In this document: positions 1 through 12,773 of the stretch, piece by piece
Numbering within the stretch: position 1 is the first letter of the stretch
How the letters are laid out: each line of letters begins with the position of its first letter
From: Setoptus koraiensis
Lineage: Eukaryota > Animalia > Arthropoda
Direction: 5' to 3'
NCBI GenBank assembly: GCA_048013815.1
Contig: CM106585.1
Location: 13,082,001-13,146,000 of the forward strand
Length of the DNA stretch: 64,000 nt
The notes under the pieces: generated by a model
Told to the model about the DNA's origin: nothing
Database searches by the model: none
Seen by the model: only the letters and a program-made list of their open reading frames with translations
Position numbers and translations under genes: made by a program

Positions 1-430
1 GCGTTATCGTGTAAAACGCGATAGTCTGACACCAACAAACCGCAAACCGTTGAATGTTCACTGATAAGTGATAATAAAGCATGAACGACAACCAGATAAC
101 TGTTACGTTATCTTGCCGTTATCTATTGTTGCATTGTTGTCGAAAAACATGGTGGGGCCAGCAACAAACAAAACAGTGTGTTGATTGTTGATGCATGCTT
201 AGCGTGTTTGTCACCTGTGTTACGACAACAAACATTGCACGACACACGCGGCACTATTTTTGAGCAGCCACACATCTAATTGAATATTACATAACTGCTC
301 CATTGGTTGGTTGGCCTTTGCGCATTCAATGAAGCACAATGAGCATTTGCGGTTAATTACCGCTGCTTGTTGTCACATTATTGCGTAACACTAGCAACGC
401 TTGGTCGCCCCTCAAAATCGACACTATGGG

Positions 431-431
431 C

Positions 432-486
<55 letters not shown>

Positions 487-495
487 TCAACAACA
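431..495. repeat. (CAA)n microsatellite
   Basis: About 21 near-perfect CAA units seen directly. The poly-Q ORF over it (401-634) has no other coding support. Confidence 0.95.
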
Positions 496-1070
496 ATGGC
501 TTGACCAGAATAAAGGGGTAGCCCGTTGGTTAAGCGAGTCGCTGCGCTGCATGGCCAGCATTTTCATTGCGGCAATCATTGAGAAAGACGCGCACGCACT
601 ACGTGCACGCCAGATAAAACTATCTGGCCCATAAAATCGCACGTGGCACACTCGGCTCGACACGGCCCATGTACAGGTATCGCTGCTGCTATTGAACACC
701 ATTACCATGTGACGCAATTCATCATAAGAATCGAGTGTCATTAGCTGCTGTAACAGCTCTTATTTGTCATTCGCAAATTACGGCCCCTTAGATATGTGGC
801 GCCAGTTGTGCAATCTGTTGTGCCAGCCAGCGACTGGGGCCCCAGAGCCGCAGATATCGCAGATTCAGAGGCACTCTCTCAGCTTTCTGCCTGAGCGAGA
901 CACTCGAATTTTTGGAGAACGATTATTGATATATTCATACAATAGCTAACCAGTGTTCTCCCCAGCATCAGCCAGCTTCTTGGGGCCCCTCGGCTCTTGT
1001 TGTCGCGTTGTCGTTATACCTGAGCGGGCTTGCAGCGGCAGCAGCAGCACTAAGCTAGCCCTGCCGCTGC

Positions 1071-1159
1071 TATCTGCAAACGTGAGTAAATATCTGCAGA
1101 TGTGAGTAAATATCTGCAGATGTGAGTAAATATCTGCTGACATTGATAAATATCTGCAG
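1071..1159. repeat. 20-bp minisatellite (TATCTGCAGATGTGAGTAAA), about 4.5 copies
   Basis: Tandem copies seen directly. Confidence 0.9.
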
Positions 1160-4100
1160 AAATAAATATGTTTGCAAAAGAACATTTGCCCCACACAACA
1201 ATTGTGTGTGTGTGTCGACAATGGACAATGCCGGCCCGTCGCAAGTGCAGTATCGTTGATGACTGAGGCAGGATATTATTTGAAATAATATGGAGCAGGC
1301 GACACAAAGAAAAAGCGATCCCAATAGCGTCACAGTGGCAATAATATTTACAGTGAAAAATAAAACGCTGAAATAACGCGCCCAGTTGCACCAAGCCTCA
1401 CAATGGCATTAGATTAGCTGGGTGTGTGTGCAAAATGCCACGGAGCCAGATATTAAGTAGATAGATAAAAGTGGGACAGAGACGGGCCCCCATCCCGGTT
1501 GCGACGGGTGCCAGCGATAAGCGACAAGAGCGAAAACAGAGCAAGAAAACACAATGCCACCCAGCGGACCCTTGAAACGGGTCAACTTTCAACCTGTCAG
1601 AAACGAACGTTGCAAGGGCACCGGTGACGTTACGTAAGAGGACACGCGAATTGACCGGCGAATGTCGCCGGCCAGCTCTGCGTGCCTGTGCACTGGCACG
1701 CGCTGTCAGCGCGAGCACGCTTGGGGCGCCAAGTGAAAAAAGTGAAAAAGTGAAAGAGTGAAAAAATGAAATAGCGAAAAAGCTGAAAAAGGGGCCATTG
1801 TTAGCGGAGCGGTCATTGTCAGCGGATTTAAGCAGCTGCATTGTGTGTGCTACCGGCTACGTTATTGCCAGAAAATTGCTTGCGAGAGAGAGAGAGAGAG
1901 AGAGATTTCCGTTGGCGCGAGAAAGTTGTCACGAGAGAAGACAAATTTCAAAATTCAAGAGATTGATCGAGAGGCGCCCGATTGAGATAAAAGAGCCGGC
2001 CAGCAGCAATTTGAGGCCCATTTTAAACTTGGGGGGCCCAGATTAAAAATGGACACATACACACAATAACGCGATAAAGTGGACAGCACATCAATGGCGC
2101 TTTCGGATGAGGCCATTGATGTGCCAGCAACGTTAATAAATCAAATGTTAACCGCCGGCGTCGAGCATCATCATAAGCTGCCCGACTCGCTGACAAAGAG
2201 CAAGCGCCAGTCTGTTTAGTTTGACCACCAGTGAGCTTTGGGGCCGGGGCCCCGCTCACAATTGTCAGTGCGCAGTGCGCACTGAGCGCCAGTCGGTCAG
2301 CGCGTTACCTGCGGCTCGCTGCGGCCCGCTGCGGGTCGGGTTATAAGTGGTTTGCTGCTGCTGCTTTTGGGGCGCACACAGATTGTCGATCGCTAATGGC
2401 GGCCGCTAACGAGCTGGCCGACATTGACTTATAATTAATTTTGGCGGCTCAAATGAGCGCTTTTAGTGCGCTGTGCAGTCTGTAAGAACCCGCTGGAATC
2501 CGCACGCACTTTCGTGAGCGTTTCGTCCACACTTGCCGTCCATACCGGCCGAACGGGCGTGATAGTGGCCCATTTGGTGGCGTTTTGTTGGGCACCTGGC
2601 GCGTCGCTGCTAGCGCTTTATTCGGGCTGGCGTCTTTGCGGGGAGCGTGCATTTTGGGGCCCCCATTGGCGCGTTTGGCCCCAAAATGCGAGCAAAAATA
2701 AAGGCGGCCAAAAGTGGAGGCCAGCAAAAGCCAGCAGAACAAGAAATGCGCTTCAGCTCGTTTGGCAAAGTGTGTATAATGGTCAATCATTATTGCCGGC
2801 CGACAGGCTAGCGCGAGCCAGACAAACCGACCGAAACAAGTGCAGGCTGCACGAAAATTAAAATGAAGTAGCTATTATCTCTATTTATCCGCACACACGC
2901 ACGAGCAGTTGTTGTGTGTCGTCGTTATGTAACAACGCCGTTACTATTCTGGCGAACAAGTGTATCGTAAATAACATCAGTGGCAAGCAATGAATTAGCG
3001 GCGCACAGAAAACAACGATTGGACGTAAAAATTTATTGCTGGCCACGACACACAGTGTGTAGTTTTAGTGTGACACCATGAGAATAATACGAGTAATCGT
3101 GCATATGCTAACCGCTGGCCGGCCAGTTTACACGTGCTTACTTGTTTGGGTAACTCGTGTCGCGACTGACCCCCGCTCGTTGTTGCCGCCATCGAGCCTG
3201 GTGCCGGACGAGCCGAGCGCGAGCTGGTCGCTGCAACGGTTCGCCAGGCCGGTGTAATCGTGCCGCGGCACAGCCGTTGAATGGTTGGTTTGGCCGTTGG
3301 GGCCCCAGCCCTCGCCGGGGCCCCAACCGGCTAAAAGCTCATATACTGGCCACTATGTTTTGCTAATAGTTTTGACCGGGCCAGGTCGACACAGTGCACA
3401 AACAATGCGCACTTGCATTTTATGCACATTTATATCCGCGTTTATCCGCACAACGGCACGCGCAACAACGCGCGACAACGCGCAAAACACGCGCCACCGA
3501 CCGCAATAAGCCAGCCAGTCGCTTATTGTGGCTGCCGGGCTGTCTGGCCGACGGGCCGGCCAACTTAACCAGCTACCTGGATGCTGATAAAAAACGACGA
3601 GAACGAGCCAATATTAGTGGTGGCTCTTACGCGAGCGGGCCGGTTGCTGTTGTAGCAACTTTACAGCATTATTATGGTAAATTGGGTAATATGACACGCC
3701 AGCGCAACAACGACGTTGCCAACAACTACCAGTGCACAAAAACATCATCATCACACAATGTAAAATGACAATACGCATTAACGTGCCTGCGCACTTCCTG
3801 TCTGCCCAGTGAGTGGTGGCGACTCGTGGCATGCGAATACGCGCGCACCACGAGCCCTCGGTGGGGTAACGAGATTCTAGTTTTGGCATTTATCTAACTC
3901 CAGTCGCCGGCGCCTGGCTCACTCATCTAGTCGAGCCAACGTGCTGAAAAGCGCGCGAAAAAGCGCAAAAGATTGTCAAAAACATGGAAAGAAAACGTTA
4001 AACCAGGGCCAAAACATCGCGGCCAGATGGTGGCATTGATGAGCTGCCGCCAGACGAACGCCATCGGGGCCCCAATGGCCCATTTATAGGCGCGAGCTAC

Positions 4101-6359
4101 GTCAGGCAAAGCCGCAAAGTTTTATCGCTCACAGCAGCTCGGCTGTTCGGAAAAACGCGAAAATGCGAGACGGCATCGATGCACCGATATTTCACATAGG
4201 ATCACAAGCGACGCTGCAATCCATTCATCAGACTCGCTCTCCTCTGTGTCATGGGCACCTGTCACAAGTCACACCTATTGCCGCAAACGCACACATAGAG
4301 GCCCCTTTCGGGGCGATACGATGAAGAGTTTAGTGTCGGATAGCCTAGAGGAGGCCAAGATGTTTAACATAGATAGTAGCAGCGACTGTCTTCCATTCTG
4401 TCATGTGTGTCAGAAAAAGCCAAAGACCGAAAAAATGAAAGCTTGTTTTTCGCCTCAACAAACGCCAATTATTCCTGCTTTTGGGCCGGCAAATCTGCTC
4501 GCACGAGCCGTCGAAAATATTTTTCACTCTTTGACGCAACACAAACAACAACGCTAGCTAGCCATCGGATGGGCCATTCTGGCGAGATGTGTTACACATT
4601 CTCACGGCTTGCAACTATCAATTCTGCTTTGTCCTGTGTCTCTATGTATTCTGACGCAGGTAATGCATTCAGTTGACAATCACACCAGGTGACACGGCCA
4701 GCTAACCAGCACTGAGCGTCTTGTCATTGATAGGTGCTCGCATGAGTGTCTCAGAATGCCATTGTGTGCGCCTGCCAATATCTTATCTTCTCAAAAACAG
4801 ATCCACTATGACGGCGAAATTGTTAAAAAATCAATTTGATTCAATCTCGGGTGCACCCATTTATGATTCAACTCAATCAGACGGCTCAACTGGTCTACTT
4901 TTACGTTCGCGATGCGCGAATGGCCCACTCAAGGTTTGAGATGGATGCGTCCATCGTATGAGAGAGGACGCAACCGAGCCACAAAGGCCCGACGTCCTCT
5001 GGCATCTCGCGTTGAAATGAGATTCAGTTTGGCATGTTCGGGCCAAAGTATTCATGGCTGAATCGTTCAATCGTTTCATCCAAGAGACGTCGGGACGACA
5101 ATAGAAATGGAAACCGCACGACTGTTACGGCAAGAGAACAATCGCAATTTCTTGAATGAGCGAAAGCTCCAATTGTGGCGATAAATCGGAGTTCCAAAAA
5201 TAATTGCTACACTAGCAACTGCCACAAATCACTGACCCGGTATTATCTGAGGTGATTTATTGCAGATGAGTCATCGATTTGATTGTGGAGAAATATTCGG
5301 TTGATTTGATGCTCACAAATGAATATGGCCAGGTATACTCAAGTTAAATGTAATTAAGCTAATTTTTAAAGTGCGATACGCACGATTCTTGCACGACCAC
5401 AGCAATGTTTGAAAAAATGAATATCTCAACATTCGATTAACAGCATTGCAATGTTTTTCTGTTCTTATCCGAACTGAACCTTCACCGTAAGCTATGTTTC
5501 ATACGAATGTAGATAAATGGCTCAGTGAATAGATAGAGCAGTGATCGAAGCAATCATCATAAAGAGATAAAAGTTAACATGACAGCAGCACCTTAGGTGC
5601 TGACATCGGCGTCAGAATTGAACAGTTATTCTCGAAAAATATCCCATTGATTCATCAGGTCCAGTTCGACAATCTACTGACTAACATTGGAAAAGAAGAG
5701 AGTCTTTTTACTCACTCATTGTCGGCTCTTAGCCTCAAAACGACATGCCAAACGAGTCAGTCACTGGTGACAATCTCCAATTATATGGACGTAGTGAAAA
5801 TGGCTATCGAGAGGCGAAATTCGACAAGCCAGGGGACAACCTGCTCTGTGAATATCAGCGAAAGAATTCAGTCAAATTTTATCAACAATAAGGCTTCTAT
5901 TGTATATTTCCGTTATTCTTAATCAATTCTATTCTTTGTGGTAGCAATTTTCTTCCGAACAATCACTCATCGCTGCTATCCGAAAACGTTTTCGGTGCTC
6001 CGAATAGACACGCATAACTTATAAACAGCTGGCTAGCACAAAACAAGACACCATCAATCAACAAATAAATTAGATAGACGCATTTTTCACTAAATTGTAG
6101 TTTTATTCAACTTTAATTTGCTGAAATTTTAATTCGCTGGTATTAAGGATAACAGAGTTGGTACAAAATTAAAATCCCAGTCAAAAAAAAACTCCTACTT
6201 AAAAACTTCGTGATTGCTTGCCATTCAAGGAGAGCACGGCTGGATCGAGGCCCGGCGGGGAACTAGCCCCTGCCAAAAGAGTTTATGAGACGAAAAGCCG
6301 AGCGAGTTGAGCGTTTTTGTGCAACCCACGAAGCAAGACAACCTACAATTTTCAAAAGC

Positions 6360-7514
6360 CATGACCTTTTTAGATTCCTATGATATTCAATGTCAATGGG
6401 TATGGAAAACAAAATAATGAGAGAATGCCGAAAATAACCAAAGATTTTGCTGGTTCTTGCGAGGCAATGGTATCAGCGAGCCGCCCGATTTGCGATTAGT
6501 AACCCGCTGTGCAGTGTAAAAATAGAAACTATCTAGTCTATGGGTAGCCAGGCTGAATCTATGCCTCATTTGAGATTCGACAGAGCACAGATAAGTGCAA
6601 CGCTGTGCTGATCGACGCATTCATTGTTTATAGTGCAGACATATCGGCCCCAGTCGAATGAGAAAATTCAGCCATGGCCTCGAAACAGAAGGTCAGATAG
6701 AAGGTTTCTCGCCATTGCTGACAACATTGATATTCAATTGATATTTTGTTCTTGGTGGAAAGGGCCCCGCTTCTGTCCCTCCAATCGCTTGTAAGGCCTC
6801 ATTGGTGATTTACCGCCGATGGCTGGCCTAATTAATATTGATGTCGCAAACTCGCTCCAATTTGACGGTGCGTTATGTGATGCATTTATTGGGGGATATG
6901 ACAGTTTCGCTGGATCGCGCGTGCTCGACAAAGAAAATTGAACAGTTTTGCTCATTCATAAGCCATCATTGCAATTTGGTCGCACGAACTGGGACTCAAA
7001 CGATTGCATGCCAAGGCCAGCCAGCCAGCCCAAACAGCGAGCCAAACCTCCCCGGCCGATAAAATCGATCAACCAACCCACCAAATCAACATAAAGACCC
7101 GAAACGCCAGAAATTCCATAGAGAATACTTGATTGGGTTTGTCAGCAGTCGGTGTGAACTGGGCGCATGATTCTCAGCAGGAAAACGTCATTCGTGATGG
7201 AAATTCGGAATCTGTTCAACTTCAGCAGCGCTTCGAAAACTCAGTTTAATGCCAGCATATTCGCTGGCATATTTACTTGGGCCCGTTCAGAGGTTTTGCA
7301 TTCGCTAGAAAGCGGCATTTAGAGTTGTCGCAAACGGACAAGAATGTCGGTTTCGGGAATCGATAGGCCGGTGGTAAAAGTGCCACAACTCGTGCCGATT
7401 GTCACGAGACCAAAACGGCGATAGCTTATCGTGCATCGCTTTTTGAGCCTCAAACAGGATTGGTTTTTCATTGGGACGACAATGTCTTTTGGGCGCTGGT
7501 ATCTGGCGCAAAAG
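6360..7514 (+). pseudogene. Decayed hemopexin-repeat-like coding remnant
   Basis: Plus-strand translations give YRASLFEPQTGLVFHWDDNVFW (7427-7492) and FDGALCDAFIGGYDSFAGSRV (6861-6923), both with the spacing of the hemopexin blade (MMP-type IDAALSEENTGKTYFFVANKYW). They also give SIENT*LGL (7115-7141), resembling I-x3-W-x-G-L with TGA at the Trp position. Interrupted by stops and at least one frameshift. Motif-level recognition only. Confidence 0.35.
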
Positions 7515-9788
7515 GTAATGTCATATTATTATCTCTAATAAGGAGGACGCAGAAAGTGGATGTAAGGTCAGGTAAGTGAGGCCCATTCAAAGATGTGCAA
7601 CTAGCTGACTAATGGCGACCGTCTCAGTGTGCTGGCCAGTTGTTCACATGGCCGGCCACATTGCTAAATGGTCAGTTCGGTTGGTCTTGTCGAAGATGGC
7701 GGTCATTTGTAATTTTGTGATACACGTAATGGTCGTCGTGTCACACAACAACCGACATGCACACACAAATTGAATGGATCTCTGGGACGTGCTGATAAAC
7801 ACAACACACGCCGAGAAGAAAAAGGAAAATTTCTCGACCACAATGGCGACTGGCTCAACTATAGCGCCAGTCGCGAGTCGTGTAGCTGGATAAATAAATG
7901 ATTACGGCTTAGTGCTGCTGGCAACTACAGTCAGTTGGTTGGCTGTCAGACGGACTCTCTGACAGCGACAGTGTCGTTTGCCCATAAAGCACCGTCGTTG
8001 CAACAAACACGTAGCTCTAGATATCTCCAGACAGAGGGAGATGGAGAGACTTGGATGTAAATGGGCCACTCGTGTCAGTCATTGGGCTGATGTTTGTGTC
8101 TGCCAATTTGTGTGTCTCGCCAGTAGGCCTAGCCAGTGGGCCTAACCAGTGGGCAAAACATGACAGCAGTGGCGCAATAAACAAACCCAGCCGCGCCGCG
8201 CCAAGACCGAGTGAGCAAGCTCGTGAGCATGGCGAGCGAGCTAAGAAGTGTCCAATTGAATTGTTGCTGGCCAAGCAAAAGGCAAGTTTGTTACAAAGCC
8301 GATGGCCATTATAATTAACGCAGTTACTCTAGTTGCCACTAGAGGAGTTTCGCGACTAATAGTCTATTCGGACTAAAAGTGTGAGCCTCGTCAGACGGGG
8401 GCCTGTTTGTGTGTGTCTCTAGCAGACGACAAATACGCTTGCCAGCTCACGTGTCGCCACCGGCGTGTTCACCTGTCGCCAGCAGACCGCTGCTGTCCAA
8501 TTGCAATCACAGCCAACTGACCAACTTTGAATTTTTTCGTCCCCTCACAATGTCAACTGACCAACAACAACGACAACAACAACAACGACAACAAGTCACC
8601 GTTATTGTTAAGCCATGTCAAGAGTGCAGTGTTTGTAGCGCGCCGCCAGCAACAATAATAATAAAATACATGTAATATAATATATATTTTTCATAACAGT
8701 GTGTTTGTTGAGCGGGACTTGTTATGTTATTTTTGTCTGACTTTGAACGGACTCACGCATTATGTTGTTGGGCGGCACATGCACTCGCATCAGCGGACCG
8801 TCAGATCCGCGCGTACCAGCCAACCAGCAACCGCTGGCGGCCAAATAAATAACAGAATGAATGGCGAAACGAGTGACCAACAACCAGCGACCAACAACCA
8901 GCGACCAACAACGAGTGACATACATAACTGACAGTTGCAATATTGCCGTCCTGTCAAGAGGGGCCAGCTAGTGAAGTTAAACAAACGCAACGACATTAAT
9001 TGTTTGCCATGGGCAACATTTAATAGTCGCCAGACTGTGTCTGTCAGCAACTGACCACCACTGGCCAAGTCGCTGGTCAAACAACGCTGATCGAGCGATT
9101 AACGGTTTGTGGGGAACACACACACGGAATCGCGTGAAAATTTACAAACGCCAACAAAACAAACTGGGCCCAAACTTGTGCCAAGTCCAAAAATAGAAAA
9201 TATTAGCAGCAGGCCACCGAGCGTTATATCGTCGGCGAGTAACAGCACACTTGAGCACACAGTCAGAACAAGCCACTTGAGGCCACCAAGCGACCCAATA
9301 ATTATATTATGCTTTACGCCGGGGCCTCGCTGTTGGCCGCCTCGATGAATTGATTAAGACGAAATTATTATTGTTGTTATTTAGCTATTTATATGTAACT
9401 GGCACATGGCAGTGCAAAATGGTTCGTGTGGCATGCTGGCGAGAGGCACACGAATCGTATCGATCTGTAACCCTGCAACTGATTGACCTGATTAACTAAT
9501 ACAATATAAGTGGACTGAATATAAGCAACACTTCGTTATAAGTGGTCGTGTTACCCGAAGCGACGACGCGCCAACAAACTGATCGCCATTTTTCTGCATA
9601 CACACTTGCTGCTCGCTGGCATGTGCAATCAAACGTGACCGGCTGGCCACTGGGGCCCGACTATCCGACATGCCGACGCTTATTGAGCTGGGGCAAGACG
9701 AAATCGGGTCGGACGACAGTGTGGCGCAGTGGGCCAGAGGGCGCCCAAGGGCCAAAAATGATAGCACTCGAGTATAGCGATAACTTAC

Positions 9789-10166
9789 CTATCACGCCCT
9801 TCTCTATGTACTCGATGAAGGCGTAGGAGCACAACTTTCTAATTATCTTGGAGTCTAATTTTCTAAATGCATCAAACGTCATCAATCTGTTATACACTAG
9901 CTCGATATCTTCTTTTTTGTTGTTTTTACTATTGGAGCTGTGCTTCTTTTCCGTTCGTTGTTTTTGTTGTTGCTGTTGCTGTTGATGTTGTTGCACCAAC
10001 AGCATCGCTGTCAGCGACGATACCGTCATCGGTCGATTGATCAGTGTCACTGGTTGCTGCTGTTGCGTTTGTTTTTGCTGTTGTGGTTGTTGCTGTTGTT
10101 GCTGTTGTTGTTGTTGTTGCTGTTGTTGTTGTTGTTGCTGTTGGTGGTGGAGTTGCACTTGAATCT

Positions 10167-10198
<32 letters not shown>

Positions 10199-10455
10199 TG
10201 GGCTGCGTACTCTTGGGCATTCTGCATGGACGATCGTCGGACACGCGAAACAGGTCCGCCCACGCCGGTGCTCAACAATGCTTGGGTGCGATCGATGATT
10301 TGCTGTAATTGAGCCTGATCGCAGGATAAATTTTGCTGCTGTTGTGCCGACTGGGCGCTGTTGTTTGTAACGGCATGCTGCTGTTGTTGTTGCTGCTGCT
10401 GCAAAGTTCCCAGTTCGACGTTCGACAAGCGCCGATGGCTAGACTGATAGTCCAT
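9789..10455 (-). CDS. Epac: Epac / RapGEF4-like cAMP-regulated GEF, first coding exon (poly-Q N-terminus plus start of the first cyclic-nucleotide-binding domain)
   Basis: ATG at 10455. EDIELVYNRLMTFDAFRKLDSKIIRKLCSYAFIEYIEKGVI resembles the Epac2 CNB-A start (EDVDIIFTRLKEVKAFEKF...QICLCGYYENLEKGIT). Canonical donor AG|GTAAGT at 9789/9788 (phase 1). No convincing next exon was found in 1-9788, so the gene probably continues beyond the window. Confidence 0.72.
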
Positions 10456-11573
10456 CTTTGCTTGAATTTTATGCCAACACACAATTTAAACAAATACGCA
10501 AATCATACGCAACACACAACTTTTGCTAAACACAATTTATGCGAAACTACAAAACGATATTGTCGCGCTGTAGTTCACCCCTATCTAGCGACTTGCCACA
10601 ACTTTCCTTCGCAAGCTCAACAACAAACTTTTAAGGTCTCACATTAACTCCAACTCGAATTCAACCGGTCAAGCGTCAAAACTGTTGTGATGACGACAGC
10701 ATAGTTCTTTCAACTCCAAGTTTCCTAGTCCAATTCACGTTACCCACATTTATGCGCAATGCTCTTCGGCGCCCCTATGCACACCAAGCTAGCGACAAAC
10801 GCATGCGCTCCTTGTGGCCAACACGCAAATACTACATAGCAAGTGATATGGCTGAGGTATCTGCTTGGTTAGCTAGTTTGTGTGCCTCAGGCCGAAAAGG
10901 ATCGCGATTATGGTGCCATCTAAGAATTCATTTTGGTTACTTAACGCAATTCGATAACATAAAATAAATCAAGAGGGCGCTGAAATAGTTGCTTTTGCAA
11001 TGCGCAAATCTGTGTGATCTTATATTCTTGATCTAGATTGTTTTTGTCGAATTGGCAATGAAATACAAGTGCAGGTACAATTGAATTTGTGGTATTTATT
11101 GAAAATGTTGGTGAATATGAGAAATTTTATTCTTTCGGCTTTATATCTCACGGGTCTCGAACAGTGTGAGCCCACAAATAAAAGAAAGCAGTTGCTTGCC
11201 TACCGGAAATGTACCTACCGTTCTATCTATCGATGCTTAATCACTGAAAAGTCGTTGATTGACAATTGATTTCTGACATAGAGATGATTGAAGATTTTGT
11301 CAATTGAGCAATTGATAGATCCCAACATTCAATATAAAAGATATGCATCCGAAAATGTTTTGCCTCGTCTTTTCACACGTTCTGTCGCAATCGACGTTTT
11401 TCAAATGAAATCGCTAGAAATAGATGAGCAAATTATAACATCTCTAAATTATTAATTTAGTCTTCGGGGGCTGATGCATTCAAGTTCGTACCCGATCCTA
11501 ATGAACAAAGCAAATAGAACATCAGGGTCATTTTCAGTCAGAATTGAGAGCCTGGTGATATTAAAGGACAGAA

Positions 11574-12445
11574 AAATGGGTGTTGTTGCGATTAGGTCCC
11601 AGCGCCGATCATCATGAAACTTGGCACACAGGCCCCGCAGGGGCCCCATATCATGAATTGAGTAGTCCGGAAGTGCGGAAACTTCCGGTTCCGGAGATGT
11701 AAAAATATTGAGATAGAGCTTCGAAACTTCGGAATCAGATGGTTGCTACCTAGCAGAGCATGATGAGACCAAAATTAATCTGCTTTAACTTCCGGTTCAT
11801 AAGATACAGAGGTTAAACCAAATTTTGGGGTGCGGCCGGGCCTGTGCGGTTGCGGTCAGCGGACCCATTCTGTGGCTCGTGCTCGCTGCACTCTGTATTC
11901 ACGTCTGTTTCAGTCTTCTTTCTCATTCTTTGTTGGGTGGTTCGCTCACTCTTCCCGCCTGCAGCTGTGTTTGGATTGCAGTCATGTGAGCGGAGGGTGG
12001 AGGGCGCAGCCCGATACCCGAAGCGCTCATCAACCATACCCGAAGGGTTCCCGTCGCACGCAGTCGTCGCGGGAGCGACGACGGAGATGTGACGGCCTCC
12101 AGAATACGAGGCCGCAGGCCGAGTTCTAAGAACAATTGCAGGCTCATCCCTGGGTGTAGTGAAGCCCGAATTCGGCAACTCCTGGTCTCTCAATTCTAGA
12201 GATATCGCTATAACCAGAGAACCGGAAGTGGTGAAGTGCTGAAAGTTATGTCATCCTGTTAATCGTCATCGAGAACGTCAGTATGGTGAGTTTCAACTCT
12301 CTAGAAGCATCTTTAGGTAAAACCGGAACCGGAAGTTTCCGCACTTCCGGACCACTTTTTCCGATGGTTTTGGGTCAAGATGAACCTGTACCGGAAGTTT
12401 CATCATGATCGGCGCTGGGACCTAATCGCTACAACAACCAAAAAT
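11574..12445. mobile_element. Non-autonomous foldback/MITE-like element 1 (about 870 bp)
   Basis: 35-bp inverted repeat with 34/35 match (11588-11622 vs 12395-12429) and a perfect 29-bp inner inverted repeat TCCGGAAGTGCGGAAACTTCCGGTTCCGG (11666-11694 vs 12323-12351). No transposase and no TSD identified; superfamily unassigned. Confidence 0.65.
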
Positions 12446-12773
12446 TTAGTGTCATGATTGCGAAAAATTCAAAACACGTGCGCTTTAGAATAATGTATTT
12501 TTTTTAGCTTTCCATCACTTTCCATCACTTCTTTTAGCTGTCACCAGGTACTCTGGTTTGTCTTGGGTCTTCATGGCTTTCTTTGCTCTCTGGTTTGTTC
12601 TTTTCTCCTCTGATTCCTTCCGTTTCATCTCGATGAGATGGTTGTTGTTTTTTTGATTTTGATTTTGATTGTGATTGAGATTGATGTACACAATATATAA
12701 TAAAAATAAATAAATAGATAATTGATTAATAATAATTTGGATGATTAAGAAAATGTATCAGGAACGTGAAGAT

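Noticed and set aside
487-760. Minus-strand frame ELLQQLMTLDSYDELRHMVMVF...VCHVRFYG as the second Epac exon
   Set aside because: The phase is compatible, but it lacks the expected CNB continuation (F-x-x-G-D, W-Y-x-x-L-x-G-S, G-x-x-F-G-E, P-R-x-A-T) and runs into a microsatellite and a stop.
7115-7370. Stops at Trp-like positions rescued by a variant genetic code or A-to-I editing
   Set aside because: All three stop types and frameshifts occur, and intact genes in the window use the standard code; ordinary decay is simpler.
8549-8931. B-box-like zinc finger (CSVC...LCYFC...H...H) on the plus strand
   Set aside because: It needs a 28-nt intron, while supported introns here are 76-100 nt, and the ligand spacing does not fit a B-box.
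9940-10647. Poly-Leu/Val/Asn ORFs here, and similar ORFs at 35938-37800, 38691-38900, 40183-41286 and 51640-52179
   Set aside because: They are antisense or alternate-frame shadows of real CDS, or translations of micro/minisatellites.
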